DNA of 63,205 bases from a candidate division NPL-UPA2 bacterium Unc8. Its GTDB lineage: Bacteria > NPL-UPA2. The first letter of the stretch is position 1. Each line of letters opens with the position of its first letter. Of this stretch, positions 8,561 through 18,226 are shown piece after piece. The notes under the pieces are model-generated. The model was not told the DNA's origin. It saw only the letters and a list, made by a program, of their open reading frames with translations, and did no database searches. The stretch spans positions 135,043 to 198,247 of the forward strand of contig NDHY01000001.1 of assembly GCA_003574845.1 (NCBI GenBank). Reading direction: 5' to 3'. The translations under genes and the position numbers were made by a program.

Positions 8561-9525
8561 GTACAACGATATTAAAAAATCTCCCACTGATCGCTTTTCT
8601 TTTATTTAATGCGCCAGCAGGCATCAGCTTCGTCTCGCACATAGACCACTTTGAAAGCGGAAGGGAATATTTTTATCAGGGAAAAACAAAAGAGGCAAGG
8701 ATAGAGTTCAGGAAGTCTGAACGGCTTAATCCACGTCTTGACGAAATAGATAAGCAGCTCGCCGCTGAAGTTATCAGATATCTAAAAGAAATTAAAGAGA
8801 AAGAAAGGCATGCCGCCAGCTCAAGATACACAGCGGCGAGAGACCATGAGGCAAAAGGCAACTTCATTGCAGCAGGTAGAGCGTATCGGGAGCTAATTGA
8901 GCAGTACCCTGGCAGCAAGGAGGTGACCTCGGCGCTGGATGGTCTCTACCGGGTTGCCACAGGTATCCTCAAGGACGAAGACAGACCGCGGCTTTTTGCA
9001 GAGAGTAATTATTCCCGGGCAAGAAGGCTTTTTCAGTTTTTATCAGAAAGGCTCCCTTTTGGTGAAAAGGCAGCCCGGGTTCAATACAAGATAGGGTTGT
9101 CTTATTTTTATGACGATGACTTCCCTAAAGCAGCGCTACACTATAAGAGAGTCATTGAAAATTATCCACAAAGCCCGTACGCAGAAAAAGCCCTCTTCGG
9201 GATTGCAATGGCTTATTTAAATCAATCTACTGCTCCGCCCCGTGACCAGACAATGACTAGGCGCGCCCGGGAGAAGCTCAGGAACTTCCAACAGCTTTTC
9301 CCTGATAGCCCTCTGCAGAAAGATGCCGAAGAAAAATTATTTTCTTTAAATGAGCAATTAGCCGAGCACCTCTACAGAATTGGAACATTCTATAAGAGGC
9401 AGGGTGAACTTGCCGCTGCCAAAATCTACTACGAGAGCATTTTAAATGACTACTCGGAAACCAGCTGGGCGGCTCCGGGGAGGGACCGATTAAATGAGCT
9501 CACGACAAAAGCTGCTGTGCGCTAA
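8557..9525 (+). CDS. bamD: Outer membrane protein assembly factor BamD (TPR)
   Basis: TPRs; YPQSPYAEKA, PPRDQTMT, LAEHLYRIGTFY; bamD-lptE-holA order. Confidence 0.8.
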   Translation: MSTTILKNLPLIAFLLFNAPAGISFVSHIDHFESGREYFYQGKTKEARIEFRKSERLNPRLDEIDKQLAAEVIRYLKEIKEKERHAASSRYTAARDHEAKGNFIAAGRAYRELIEQYPGSKEVTSALDGLYRVATGILKDEDRPRLFAESNYSRARRLFQFLSERLPFGEKAARVQYKIGLSYFYDDDFPKAALHYKRVIENYPQSPYAEKALFGIAMAYLNQSTAPPRDQTMTRRAREKLRNFQQLFPDSPLQKDAEEKLFSLNEQLAEHLYRIGTFYKRQGELAAAKIYYESILNDYSETSWAAPGRDRLNELTTKAAVR

Positions 9526-9949
9526 TCTCGCAGCGCTCCTTCTCTTGGGAGGGTGTTATACGCCCTCTCCCCCCGATGTGGCAGAATTCAGGTCTATTGC
9601 CATTAATATTGAAAATAAAACATTTGAGGGTGGCATTGAAGTTCAGATAAAGAAAAAAATAAGAGATGAATTTATATTTGACGGAAGACTAAGCGTTGCG
9701 AGGGGCGAAAACGGCGCAGACCTCAGGCTATGTGGTCAAATTACAAGTTATGTTGAGGGCAAGAGGGTTGGAGAGCCCTATGTGACCATCGGAGGTATCT
9801 TCACCGTTAGAGACCTGCGGAACAACAGGGTTTTATGGGAAAACAAGATAATTAAGGGAAGCTCCGTCGCTCCAACCAATCGTGAGGCAAAAAGGGGGGC
9901 GCTCACTAACCTGGCAAGGAGCGTTGTTAAGGAGACGCTGGGGGGGTGA
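9494..9949 (+). CDS. lptE: LptE-family lipoprotein
   Basis: Lipobox LLLGGC-Y; IENKTFE, ADLRLCGQI; directly upstream of holA. Confidence 0.7.
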   Translation: MSSRQKLLCANLAALLLLGGCYTPSPPDVAEFRSIAINIENKTFEGGIEVQIKKKIRDEFIFDGRLSVARGENGADLRLCGQITSYVEGKRVGEPYVTIGGIFTVRDLRNNRVLWENKIIKGSSVAPTNREAKRGALTNLARSVVKETLGG

Positions 9950-9958
9950 AAATAGAAA

Positions 9959-10816
9959 ATGAAGATTAGCTACCAGGAATTTCTTTCTCGCACCCAGAAA
10001 GGAATGGCGCCGCCAATCTACATTTTCTCAGGTGAAGATGAATTCTACAAAGAGAGGGCAGTAAAAAAATTAAAAAAGCTTATCCTTAAGCAGGGGGTGG
10101 ACGAACTAAGTTTCAATCTTTTCTACGGAGAAGAATCTACTGGCACTGATATCATTAAAGCCGCTTCTACTCCTACACTTACCGGAGACAGACAACTTGT
10201 TATTGTTAGGAATGCTGACAGGGTAGGAATTTCGGCAAAAGCTATAATTAAAAACTACTCCCGTTCCCCTTTTCCCCCTACCTGCCTTGTCCTTTTGGTG
10301 AGGAAAAATGACTACAGGTTCGGAATTGAGGTGGTTTTTGCTCTCCCTTCCGAGGGTGAATCTATAACCTGGATTACGAAGCAGGCCAGAGAGAAGGGGT
10401 GGAGCATTTCCCCCCAAGCTGCCCTTGAGTTAAAAGAAAAGGTGGGGATGGATACCCGGACATTAAACAATGAGATAGAAAAACTCGTTCTTTACTGCCG
10501 GGATAAAAAGAACATCACCCCCGAAGACATAAGGGTTTTAGTGGGTGACTCAAAAGAAGTAATTACCTCTGGCATCATCAGTGCAATTAACAAAAATGAG
10601 GCAAAAAAAGCACTTGCAATACTAAAAAAACTCTCAGTGGATGAAAAAAAGACACTTATCAACGCCATTGCCTGGCAGATGAGGCGACAGGGGCTGGGGT
10701 GGGACAGGTTTAAAAAAGGCTTTCGTTCTATTCTTCAGGCAGAGCTTGATTTCAAATCAGAAAGATTCTCACCTGAGTTAGTGTTAGAGCTACTTGTCAT
10801 AAGGCTTTGTAGTTGA
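9959..10816 (+). CDS. holA: DNA polymerase III delta subunit
   Basis: PIYIFSGEDEF, LNNEIEKLVLY; convergent with rpsT as is common. Confidence 0.85.
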   Translation: MKISYQEFLSRTQKGMAPPIYIFSGEDEFYKERAVKKLKKLILKQGVDELSFNLFYGEESTGTDIIKAASTPTLTGDRQLVIVRNADRVGISAKAIIKNYSRSPFPPTCLVLLVRKNDYRFGIEVVFALPSEGESITWITKQAREKGWSISPQAALELKEKVGMDTRTLNNEIEKLVLYCRDKKNITPEDIRVLVGDSKEVITSGIISAINKNEAKKALAILKKLSVDEKKTLINAIAWQMRRQGLGWDRFKKGFRSILQAELDFKSERFSPELVLELLVIRLCS

Positions 10817-11067
10817 TTTACTTTACGCGCGAAGCGCGACTTCTTTCTTGCCGCCCTCTTTTTATGAATCACCCCCCTGGAAGCCATTTTATCAAGTATC
10901 GCTATTAACCCGGGCAGCATCGTTTTTGCCTCACCGGGTCGCCCGGATTTTACCGCTTGCTCGCATTCCTTGAGTGAAGACCTTGCCTTGTTTTTATATT
11001 TGATATTATAAGCCTTTTTCTTCTTGTTAATCCTGAGCCTCTTTTTTGCAGATTTTGTCACTGGCAT
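10735..11067 (-). CDS. rpsT: 30S ribosomal protein S20 (C-terminally extended)
   Basis: MPVTKSAKKRLR...LDKMASRGVIHKKRAARKKSR. Confidence 0.95.
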   Translation of the reverse strand: MPVTKSAKKRLRINKKKKAYNIKYKNKARSSLKECEQAVKSGRPGEAKTMLPGLIAILDKMASRGVIHKKRAARKKSRFARKVNQLQSLMTSSSNTNSGENLSDLKSSSA

Positions 11068-11113
11068 AATTATCCTCCTGATTCTTTTGTGGCAATAAAT
11101 GGGGGGCTGGTTT

Positions 11114-11196
11114 TGGGGAGAGGAGGATTCGAACCTCCGAAGCCGTACGGCGGCAGATTTACAGTCTGCTCCCTTTGTCCACTTGGGAACCTCCCC
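11114..11196 (-). tRNA. tRNA-Tyr(GTA), CCA not encoded
   Basis: GGGGAGG acceptor; GCAGA-CTGTAAA-TCTGC anticodon arm; long variable arm; GGTTCGAATCC. Confidence 0.95.
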
Positions 11197-11201
11197 TTTC
11201 T

Positions 11202-12311
11202 TTATGGTCTTATTGGCATAATCACATAGGTGTATTTTTCATCTCCATCCGGCTTCATTACCCCTGAATCCAGTGGGCCGTTTAAATCCAGGAACACATC
11301 AGCGCTTTCCTCGTTTTTTAAAAAATCCATTATATATCTTGGTTCAAAAATAATATTAATTAACGGGACATCAGGACATGGTTCTTTATGTTTTAAATCC
11401 ACCTCCTCTTTCACCTCTCCGATACCAGGAATATTTGCTTTTAATATTATTTTATCTGCCAATACATCAAACCCCACCGCAGCTGATTCTTCACTTGTTA
11501 GAACAGCGACCCTCTTTAGATTATCAAAAAACTCTTTATTTTTCAATCTCACTCTCCTTTTAAAATCAGGTGGGATGGCTTTTTGGTAATCAGGAAACTG
11601 TTTATTAATGAGCCGGGATACCAACCTGTCTTTATTTTTTATTTGAAAGGATATTTCGTTTTCTCCAAAGGAAACCTCAACCTCTCCTTTATCTAAAATC
11701 TTTGAAAGTTTATTAATTGTTTTAATGGGAATAATAATCTCTTTTTTACCCCGACAGGAATTCTTTATTGTGCTTTCAATACAAGCCATTCTTCTTCCAT
11801 CCGTAGCTATTAATCTTAAAATATCCTCAACTACCACAAAAAGAACGCCACTAAGTGCAGGACGAGCATCATCATAAGAGACAGCAAAGGATGTCTTTTT
11901 TATCATTCTTTTTAAGTCTGTTTGCTTAATTGAAAAAGTATTGCTTTTTTCTATTTGTGGTAGTTCAGGAAAGTCCTCTACCCCCGATCCGTTAATCCTG
12001 AAAAAACCTTTTTTATAATTAATAATAAAGGTATTATTTTCTGTATTTATGTTTATTTCAACATCAGGTAATGATTTAACTGCTTCACTGATTTTGTGGG
12101 CTGGAACTGTGATTTTACCCTGTTCTATTACCTGGGCAGGAATATAACACTCCATTCCTACTTCCAGGTTAGTAGTTATCATATGTAGAGAGTTCTCGCT
12201 TGTTTCAATAAGTAGATTAGATAGAATTGGTAATGTATTACTTATTAAGATAATATCATCTACCATATTTATTCCTTTAACTAAATCCTTTTTTAAACAA
12301 TTCACTTTCAT
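11202..12311 (-). CDS. dnaN: DNA polymerase III beta clamp
   Basis: LPILSNLLI, ATDGRRMA, SRLINKQFPDY, YVIMPIR. Confidence 0.97.
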   Translation of the reverse strand: MKVNCLKKDLVKGINMVDDIILISNTLPILSNLLIETSENSLHMITTNLEVGMECYIPAQVIEQGKITVPAHKISEAVKSLPDVEININTENNTFIINYKKGFFRINGSGVEDFPELPQIEKSNTFSIKQTDLKRMIKKTSFAVSYDDARPALSGVLFVVVEDILRLIATDGRRMACIESTIKNSCRGKKEIIIPIKTINKLSKILDKGEVEVSFGENEISFQIKNKDRLVSRLINKQFPDYQKAIPPDFKRRVRLKNKEFFDNLKRVAVLTSEESAAVGFDVLADKIILKANIPGIGEVKEEVDLKHKEPCPDVPLINIIFEPRYIMDFLKNEESADVFLDLNGPLDSGVMKPDGDEKYTYVIMPIRP

Positions 12312-12348
12312 GGTATTCCTATTACTCCTTCTCTTCTAATATAAGTTA

Positions 12349-12458
12349 CAGTAGTAGTAACTGTAATGACTATTTTTAATAGAAAACCGAGTTTTTAATT
12401 ACATACCAAAGAGATAACCTGTTAATTTAATATTAATAACCCAATAAGTTTATCCACA
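12349..12458. promoter_or_regulatory. Probable oriC unwinding region (DnaA-trio-like run, AT-rich tract, DnaA box)
   Basis: CAG TAG TAG TAA at 12349-12360; perfect TTATCCACA at 12450-12458 in the dnaA-dnaN spacer. Confidence 0.6.
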
Positions 12459-12463
12459 AAAAA

Positions 12464-13762
12464 TCAATTTTCTATTTTTTTTCTTATTCGTTCAATATTA
12501 TGCTTCATTATCGTGTTGTTTTTTATTTCCTCTTTTATTTTTTTACATGCATGAATAACTGTTGTGTGATCTCTGTGCCCGAAACTATCTCCTATTTCGG
12601 GAAAGGAATAATCTGTTAAATCCCTTATTAAAAACATTGCTATCTGCCGCGGGAAAACAACCTCTTTATTCTTTTTTTTATCTTGCAGGTCAGAGGTTTT
12701 TAGTCCATAAAATTCAGCTACGCTTTCTTTAACAAGCTCCATTGTTATTTTATTTTTAAATAAAATATCTCCCAGGACATCTTCTGTTAGTTTTAAATTT
12801 ATCGTTGTTTTAGTTAATGCAGCATGGGCAAAAACCCTGGTTAACGCTCCTTCAAGCCGCCTTATATTTGATTTAATCTGGCTTGCGATAAAAACAATCG
12901 CTTCATTGGGGAAAGGCACACCCTTCTCATCTATTAATTTTTTAAGGATGGCAATTCGCACCTCCAGCGTTGGTTGTTGAATATCAACAACCAATCCCCA
13001 CTCAAACCGCGAGAGTAATCGCTCATGAAGCGTTGGAATCTCTTTTGGGTGACGATCACTGGAGAAAACAATTTGCTTATAACTATCATGTAATGTATTA
13101 AAGGTATGAAAAATCTCTTCCTGGGCAGACTCTTTCCCAATAAGAAAATGAACATCATCAAGCAAGAAAGCATCTGTGTTACGATATTTATCTCTAAAAT
13201 CTTGCATTGTACGATTTTGTATTGCCCTGACAAATTGATTAAAAAAAGCCTCTGTTGACATATATGAGATCCTGACACCATTTTTTTTCTCTCTTATAAA
13301 ATGGCCAATTGCCTGCATAAGATGTGTTTTCCCCAATCCTGCACCACCATAAATAAATAATGGGTTATATGCTCGTGATGGGGACTCGGCAACGGCAAGA
13401 GAGGCAGCATGGGCAAGGTGGTTGCTTTCCCCAACAATGAAATTATCAAAGATATATCTTTTATTAAGGCGGGGCTGTGATGATGGGTGTTCTGCGAGCG
13501 GTGGGTGATTTTTATAACAAGAAGTAGTGATTAGGAAATTCAGGAGAACCTCCTTTTTATTAATATCTAATAATGCTTCCTTGATTAAATCAAGGTAGTG
13601 TTCTTTAATCCAGTTACAAAAAAATCTACTGGGGACACCCAATGAAAGCGTATTATCAGAGAAAGAGATAAACTTTATCTGTTTAAACCAGCTGTTGAAG
13701 ATGCGAGAGTCTACTTTTTTAGTGATTATACTTAATGTTTGTTCCCAGGGATTCAATGTCAA
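12464..13762 (-). CDS. dnaA: Chromosomal replication initiator DnaA (start uncertain: TTG 13762 or 13756)
   Basis: YNPLFIYGGAGLGKTHL, LLDDVHF, SRFEWGL, RDHTTVIHA. Confidence 0.97.
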   Translation of the reverse strand: MTLNPWEQTLSIITKKVDSRIFNSWFKQIKFISFSDNTLSLGVPSRFFCNWIKEHYLDLIKEALLDINKKEVLLNFLITTSCYKNHPPLAEHPSSQPRLNKRYIFDNFIVGESNHLAHAASLAVAESPSRAYNPLFIYGGAGLGKTHLMQAIGHFIREKKNGVRISYMSTEAFFNQFVRAIQNRTMQDFRDKYRNTDAFLLDDVHFLIGKESAQEEIFHTFNTLHDSYKQIVFSSDRHPKEIPTLHERLLSRFEWGLVVDIQQPTLEVRIAILKKLIDEKGVPFPNEAIVFIASQIKSNIRRLEGALTRVFAHAALTKTTINLKLTEDVLGDILFKNKITMELVKESVAEFYGLKTSDLQDKKKNKEVVFPRQIAMFLIRDLTDYSFPEIGDSFGHRDHTTVIHACKKIKEEIKNNTIMKHNIERIRKKIEN

Positions 13763-13776
13763 CACCCTTCCTTTGT

Positions 13777-13901
13777 TTTTCCACAACCTATCCACAGGTT
13801 ATAGTATCTTTACCATACACAGATAGTTGTGGTGTAAAATAGAGACTAATAATAAATCCTTGTTATTAATAGCATAAGAACCCATCTTGCATTTATCCAC
13901 A
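13777..13901. promoter_or_regulatory. DnaA box cluster upstream of dnaA
   Basis: TTTTCCACA 13777, CTATCCACA 13788, TTATCCACA 13893. Confidence 0.7.
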
Positions 13902-14031
13902 ATAGACCTATGCCCCTTGATATTGTAATAAATATGCTCTTATGTTATTATTAAATTGCGTTATCAGGTACTTGAACGAGCCTGATTTTATCATACCAAT
14001 GATATTTGAGCAATAGATTAGGTAAATTATA

Positions 14032-15096
14032 ATGAAGGTTTTGTCGTTTTATGTTGTAAGGGAATTTTTGTTTGCGCTCCCCCCCTCTTTTTTAATTTTT
14101 AATTTTATTTTTTTTGTCGGGAGGCTTCCGCAATTAATAAATGTTGTTATTGATGGAGGGGGGGGTGTTTTATTTAGACTGCTAACCCATATCTTCACCC
14201 TTTCCCTTCCTTATAGCCTGCCAATAGCTGTCCTTGCTGCGATATTAGCGGTTACAGGAAGACTCTCTGATAATAATGAGTTCCTTGCTGTTAGAGCGAG
14301 CGGAATCAGGGTGTGGCATCTATTTACGCTGGTGTTCCTGGTCAGTTTTTTTGCCAGTCTATTCTTGCTTTACTTTGGGAACAATGTCTCGCCATTAGCT
14401 AAATACAGGCTTGAGACTACTATTCACAGGCTGGCGGAGAAGGGGCCGTATGTTCTCTTTGAGGAGCGAGTTTTTGTTAAAGAGTTTACTGGTTACCGAT
14501 TTTTTGTTGAGCAAGTAAAGGGAGAGGAATTGCGCGGGGTTCATATCTGGCAGTTGCGCGGAGAAAAATTCCCCGTGACAATCTCTGCCAGGCGCGGAAG
14601 AGTGGTTTCCGATGCCAGCGGAGAAAGAATAATTTTATTGCTTTTTGATGGGGTGAAAGAAGAGGTAGTGGCTGCTGATCTCCGTGACTATCGCCGCTCA
14701 AGGTTTAAAGAGTACCATCTTTCTGTTTTACTTCCACAAACGATAGAGAGGGGTAGAAGGCTAAGAGAGATGACGCTTCAGGAGCTGCGAGACGAGGTGG
14801 GGGTGCTTAAGGGAAGAAAGGTCTATGCTCTACTCACCGAGATTAATAGAAGAGCGGCCCTTGCATTTACACCCCTCATCTTTGTGGTCATCGGGGTACC
14901 ATTAGGAATTATCGTTAAAAAAGAGGGCAGATCGGTCGGGTTCGGGTTAAGTGTTTTAGTTGTTATCATCTATTACATAATGATGATGTTTTTTGGCGCC
15001 CTCAGTGAGGGGGGCATGCTCCCTCCTGCCATTGCGATGTGGCTCCCCGGGGGGGTGCTCGCTGCCGCCGGCACCTTTTTAATTAAAGGTAGTTAA
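14032..15096 (+). CDS. lptF: LPS export permease LptF
   Basis: YjgP/Q topology; GRLSDNNEFLAVRASG; GVPLGI. Confidence 0.85.
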   Translation: MKVLSFYVVREFLFALPPSFLIFNFIFFVGRLPQLINVVIDGGGGVLFRLLTHIFTLSLPYSLPIAVLAAILAVTGRLSDNNEFLAVRASGIRVWHLFTLVFLVSFFASLFLLYFGNNVSPLAKYRLETTIHRLAEKGPYVLFEERVFVKEFTGYRFFVEQVKGEELRGVHIWQLRGEKFPVTISARRGRVVSDASGERIILLLFDGVKEEVVAADLRDYRRSRFKEYHLSVLLPQTIERGRRLREMTLQELRDEVGVLKGRKVYALLTEINRRAALAFTPLIFVVIGVPLGIIVKKEGRSVGFGLSVLVVIIYYIMMMFFGALSEGGMLPPAIAMWLPGGVLAAAGTFLIKGS

Positions 15097-15115
15097 AGGG
15101 ATTAGTTTAATTATT

Positions 15116-16180
15116 ATGAGAATTCTTGACCGTTACCTCGCGGCAGGTTTTTTAAGGGCATATTTCCTCGCTTCTGTAATCTTTATTGCCATTTATCAGG
15201 TGGTTGACCTCTTTGAGAAATCCGATGAGTGGATCGCTATCGGGCTTCCGGTGGTGACAATGATTAATTATTATTTAAATCGCGCTCCCGAAGTTTTTAT
15301 TATTATTGGTTCATTATCCTGTATTATGGCTGTTTTGTTTTGGTTGGGTAGATTAGTAAGAAAGAATGAGTTTGCGGCAATGATGGCGGCGGGTGTAAGC
15401 TCTTATCGGGCAATACTTCCCCTGCTTGTAGCTGCTTTTCTTGTCAGTCTTTTTGCTGCATTTGTTGGCGAGGTGGTTGCCCCTGAAGCAACAAGACGGG
15501 CAAATATAATAGAAAAAACAAGAAGAGGAGATATCTCCCCGCTCATCCTGACAAACCTACTTCTCTATGGAGAGAGCGGGAATATCTTTTTCGCCAGAGA
15601 GTTTAATGGGGAGACAAATACCATTATAGGACTGGAGGTCCTGAGGTTCTCGCGGGATGGGGTATTAGAGTGGAGGGTTAATGCCGAAGGGGCTGTGTGG
15701 CAGAATAACCGCTGGGTTCTTTGTGGGGGCTTTACAGTAAAGTATGTTGACGGGGAGAGGGTTTTTGGTCCGGAGCCGCTTAAGGAGCTTGATGTCGTTG
15801 AAACCCCTACTGATTTCCTTGTTGGTGAAAAAAAAGTGGCGGAACTTACTTTTCAAGAGCTAAGGATGCGTATCAGGGCGCTAAAAGGAGGTGGACTCCT
15901 ACCCAGAGAGGAGTTGGTTGCAATTCACTCAAGGCTCTCTCGTCCCATTGCTAACCTTATTGTTGTCCTGATTAGTATCCCTTTTGTAATGGGAGCAAAA
16001 AAGGTGGGAGTAGCGGCTGGATTTGGAGGAGCGCTCGGGTTGGCATTTATCTATCTGGTTTTATTTAATCTGGGGCAGTTGTTAGGGAAGGGCGTGCTTC
16101 CGCCTGTTATAGGCGCCTGGCTTGCCAATATTGTTTTTATTGTGGCGGCGATTTGTTTTATAAAGAAAACATTCTTGTAA
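15116..16180 (+). CDS. lptG: LPS export permease LptG
   Basis: MRILDRYL, KNEFAAMMAAGVS, PVIGAWLANI. Confidence 0.85.
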   Translation: MRILDRYLAAGFLRAYFLASVIFIAIYQVVDLFEKSDEWIAIGLPVVTMINYYLNRAPEVFIIIGSLSCIMAVLFWLGRLVRKNEFAAMMAAGVSSYRAILPLLVAAFLVSLFAAFVGEVVAPEATRRANIIEKTRRGDISPLILTNLLLYGESGNIFFAREFNGETNTIIGLEVLRFSRDGVLEWRVNAEGAVWQNNRWVLCGGFTVKYVDGERVFGPEPLKELDVVETPTDFLVGEKKVAELTFQELRMRIRALKGGGLLPREELVAIHSRLSRPIANLIVVLISIPFVMGAKKVGVAAGFGGALGLAFIYLVLFNLGQLLGKGVLPPVIGAWLANIVFIVAAICFIKKTFL

Positions 16181-16260
16181 CTACTCAAAATTCTAAACTG
16201 CCTGCGGCAGGCAGGTAAATCCTACCCTGAACTTGATTCAGGGCTAAAACCTAAATTCAG
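16177..16260. repeat. Heptamer array interrupted by two micro-palindrome inserts
   Basis: TAAA[ctgcctgcggcaggcagg]TAAA and CTA[ccctgaacttgattcaggg]CTA inside aaattct/aaatcct/aaaacct repeats. Confidence 0.7.
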
Positions 16261-16274
16261 CCTTCAGTCTATAG

Positions 16275-16886
16275 CTATCTATCTGATATTGGGCGAACTC
16301 TTCCTGGTGGCCAGACGATTAAGACCGCCCTTCCTTTTACTTTCCTCTGGCAGAGCCATCCCCACGAGCGACTATCAAAGCTGATGGCGGCGTTGTCTCC
16401 GAGGACAAAGAGCTTTCCCGCAGGAACCTCTACCTCGTTATAACCATAAGACCCCGCTCTGATTGGATAATAGCGCTCCCTGGGAATCTGCGGTGGCTCG
16501 TCAACAACAATGCCATTTATATAGATTTCTCCATCTTTTATTTTAATCCTGTCCCCGGGGGTTCCGATTACTCGCTTGACGAAATTTCTTCTCCTTCCGT
16601 CATTGTCAAAAAGAAAGACGATAATGTCTCCTCTTTCCGGGGCTCTTCTCTGGAGAATCCACCTCCCGCTAAAAGGAATTCTTATGCCATAGGCAAACTT
16701 AGAAACCAATATTCGGTTTCCTGGTTGGAGGACTGGCTCCATTGAGCCGCTGGGAATTCTATACAACTGGGCAATAAAGGTGATGATGAAGAGAGCAGCA
16801 GCGGCAGCAGGAATTATTGTATCAATAACCCATATTCTCCAGAGTGATTTTTGCCCTGCGCTGTTTTTCTTGGTCAATCTGCTCAT
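16275..16886 (-). CDS. lepB: Signal peptidase I
   Basis: IPSGSMEP, FVKRVIG, LGDNAAISFDSRSWG. Confidence 0.95.
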   Translation of the reverse strand: MSRLTKKNSAGQKSLWRIWVIDTIIPAAAAALFIITFIAQLYRIPSGSMEPVLQPGNRILVSKFAYGIRIPFSGRWILQRRAPERGDIIVFLFDNDGRRRNFVKRVIGTPGDRIKIKDGEIYINGIVVDEPPQIPRERYYPIRAGSYGYNEVEVPAGKLFVLGDNAAISFDSRSWGWLCQRKVKGRAVLIVWPPGRVRPISDR

Positions 16887-18226
16887 TGAAATTCCTTTAT
16901 TTTGCTGGTTATGAGCGATTTTATCTCTCTTAATTTTTCCTCGGAGCGTGCCTCAAACCGCAAAACAAGAATTGGCTGAGTATTTGATGCTCTAACCAGA
17001 CCCCAGCCATCGGCAAAAAGCACCTTCACTCCGTCAATATCAATTGTCTTGTACCGCTCACTAAAATATTTTTTTACCCTCTCAACAAGTTCAAATTTCT
17101 GCTCATCAGGACACGGTATCCTTATCTCAGGAGTTGACTTGTATTCAGTGGTGCCGGTGAGAAGCCGGGATAATTTTTTATTCGTTGTAGAGAGAATTTC
17201 CATCAGTCTTGCGGTGGCAAACAAGGCATCGTCGTAGCCAAAGTAGTTGTCAGCGAAGTAGATGTGTCCGCTCATCTCACCCCCGAGAAGCGCCCCTTCC
17301 TCCTTGATTTTAGCCTCGATTAACGAATGCCCCGTCTTCCACATAATTGGAACTCCGCCTGATTTCTCAATTTCTTCTGTTAGGCTTTGTGAACACTTGA
17401 CATCAAAAACAATTTTTGCTCCCGGGTTTTTGGTAAGGATTTCCCTGGCAAAAATAATCATTAATTTATCGCCCCAGATTATCTCTCCTTCTTCATCAAC
17501 AACCCCAATTCTATCTCCATCGCCATCATATGCTATTCCCAGGTCTGCTCCCTCTTTTTTAACGGCAGTAATTAAATCTTTTAAGTTTTCCGGAATGGTG
17601 GGGTCAGGGTGGTGGTTGGGGAAGTTCCCGTCTGATTGGCAGTAAAGCTCGATTACTTCACATCCTATTTCTTTTAGGAGCCGCGGCGCCAAATTAGAGG
17701 TTGTGCCATTTCCAGCATCAACTACTACCCTTATGCCCTCCTTCATGCTTATCTTTTCTTTAATGCAGTTTATATAGCTGGAGACAGGGTTTTCTTTGGT
17801 GAGAAACCCCTCTCCTTTACTGAACGCCCCCGATTCAATAGTTCTTCTTAGCTCCTGAATTTCATCTCCATAAATGGACTTCTCGCCATAACAAATTTTA
17901 AAGCCATTAAACTCAGAAGGGTTGTGGCTTCCGGTGATCATTACTCCTGCGTCTTTACGGTAATGAATTATTGAGAAGTACAGTATTGGGGTGGGTAATT
18001 CACCAATATCTACGATGTTGCAACCGGTGGAAAGCAGCCCGGAGACGAACTCGTCCCTGAGCCGCTTTGATGATAAGCGATTGTCCCGGCAAATAACAAT
18101 ATTTTTTCCACCCCTTTTTTTGACACAGGTTCCAACAGCCCTTCCTAAGTTCTCTGCTAATGGCGGAGCAAGGTCCTCTTCCGCTATTCCCCGAATATCG
18201 TATTCCCTGAATATTTGCTGGTTCAC
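16883..18226 (-). CDS. Phosphomannomutase/phosphoglucomutase
   Basis: IFREYDIRG, ITGSHNP, DGDGDR, GEMSGH, RASNTQP. Confidence 0.95.
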   Translation of the reverse strand: MNQQIFREYDIRGIAEEDLAPPLAENLGRAVGTCVKKRGGKNIVICRDNRLSSKRLRDEFVSGLLSTGCNIVDIGELPTPILYFSIIHYRKDAGVMITGSHNPSEFNGFKICYGEKSIYGDEIQELRRTIESGAFSKGEGFLTKENPVSSYINCIKEKISMKEGIRVVVDAGNGTTSNLAPRLLKEIGCEVIELYCQSDGNFPNHHPDPTIPENLKDLITAVKKEGADLGIAYDGDGDRIGVVDEEGEIIWGDKLMIIFAREILTKNPGAKIVFDVKCSQSLTEEIEKSGGVPIMWKTGHSLIEAKIKEEGALLGGEMSGHIYFADNYFGYDDALFATARLMEILSTTNKKLSRLLTGTTEYKSTPEIRIPCPDEQKFELVERVKKYFSERYKTIDIDGVKVLFADGWGLVRASNTQPILVLRFEARSEEKLREIKSLITSKIKEFQ

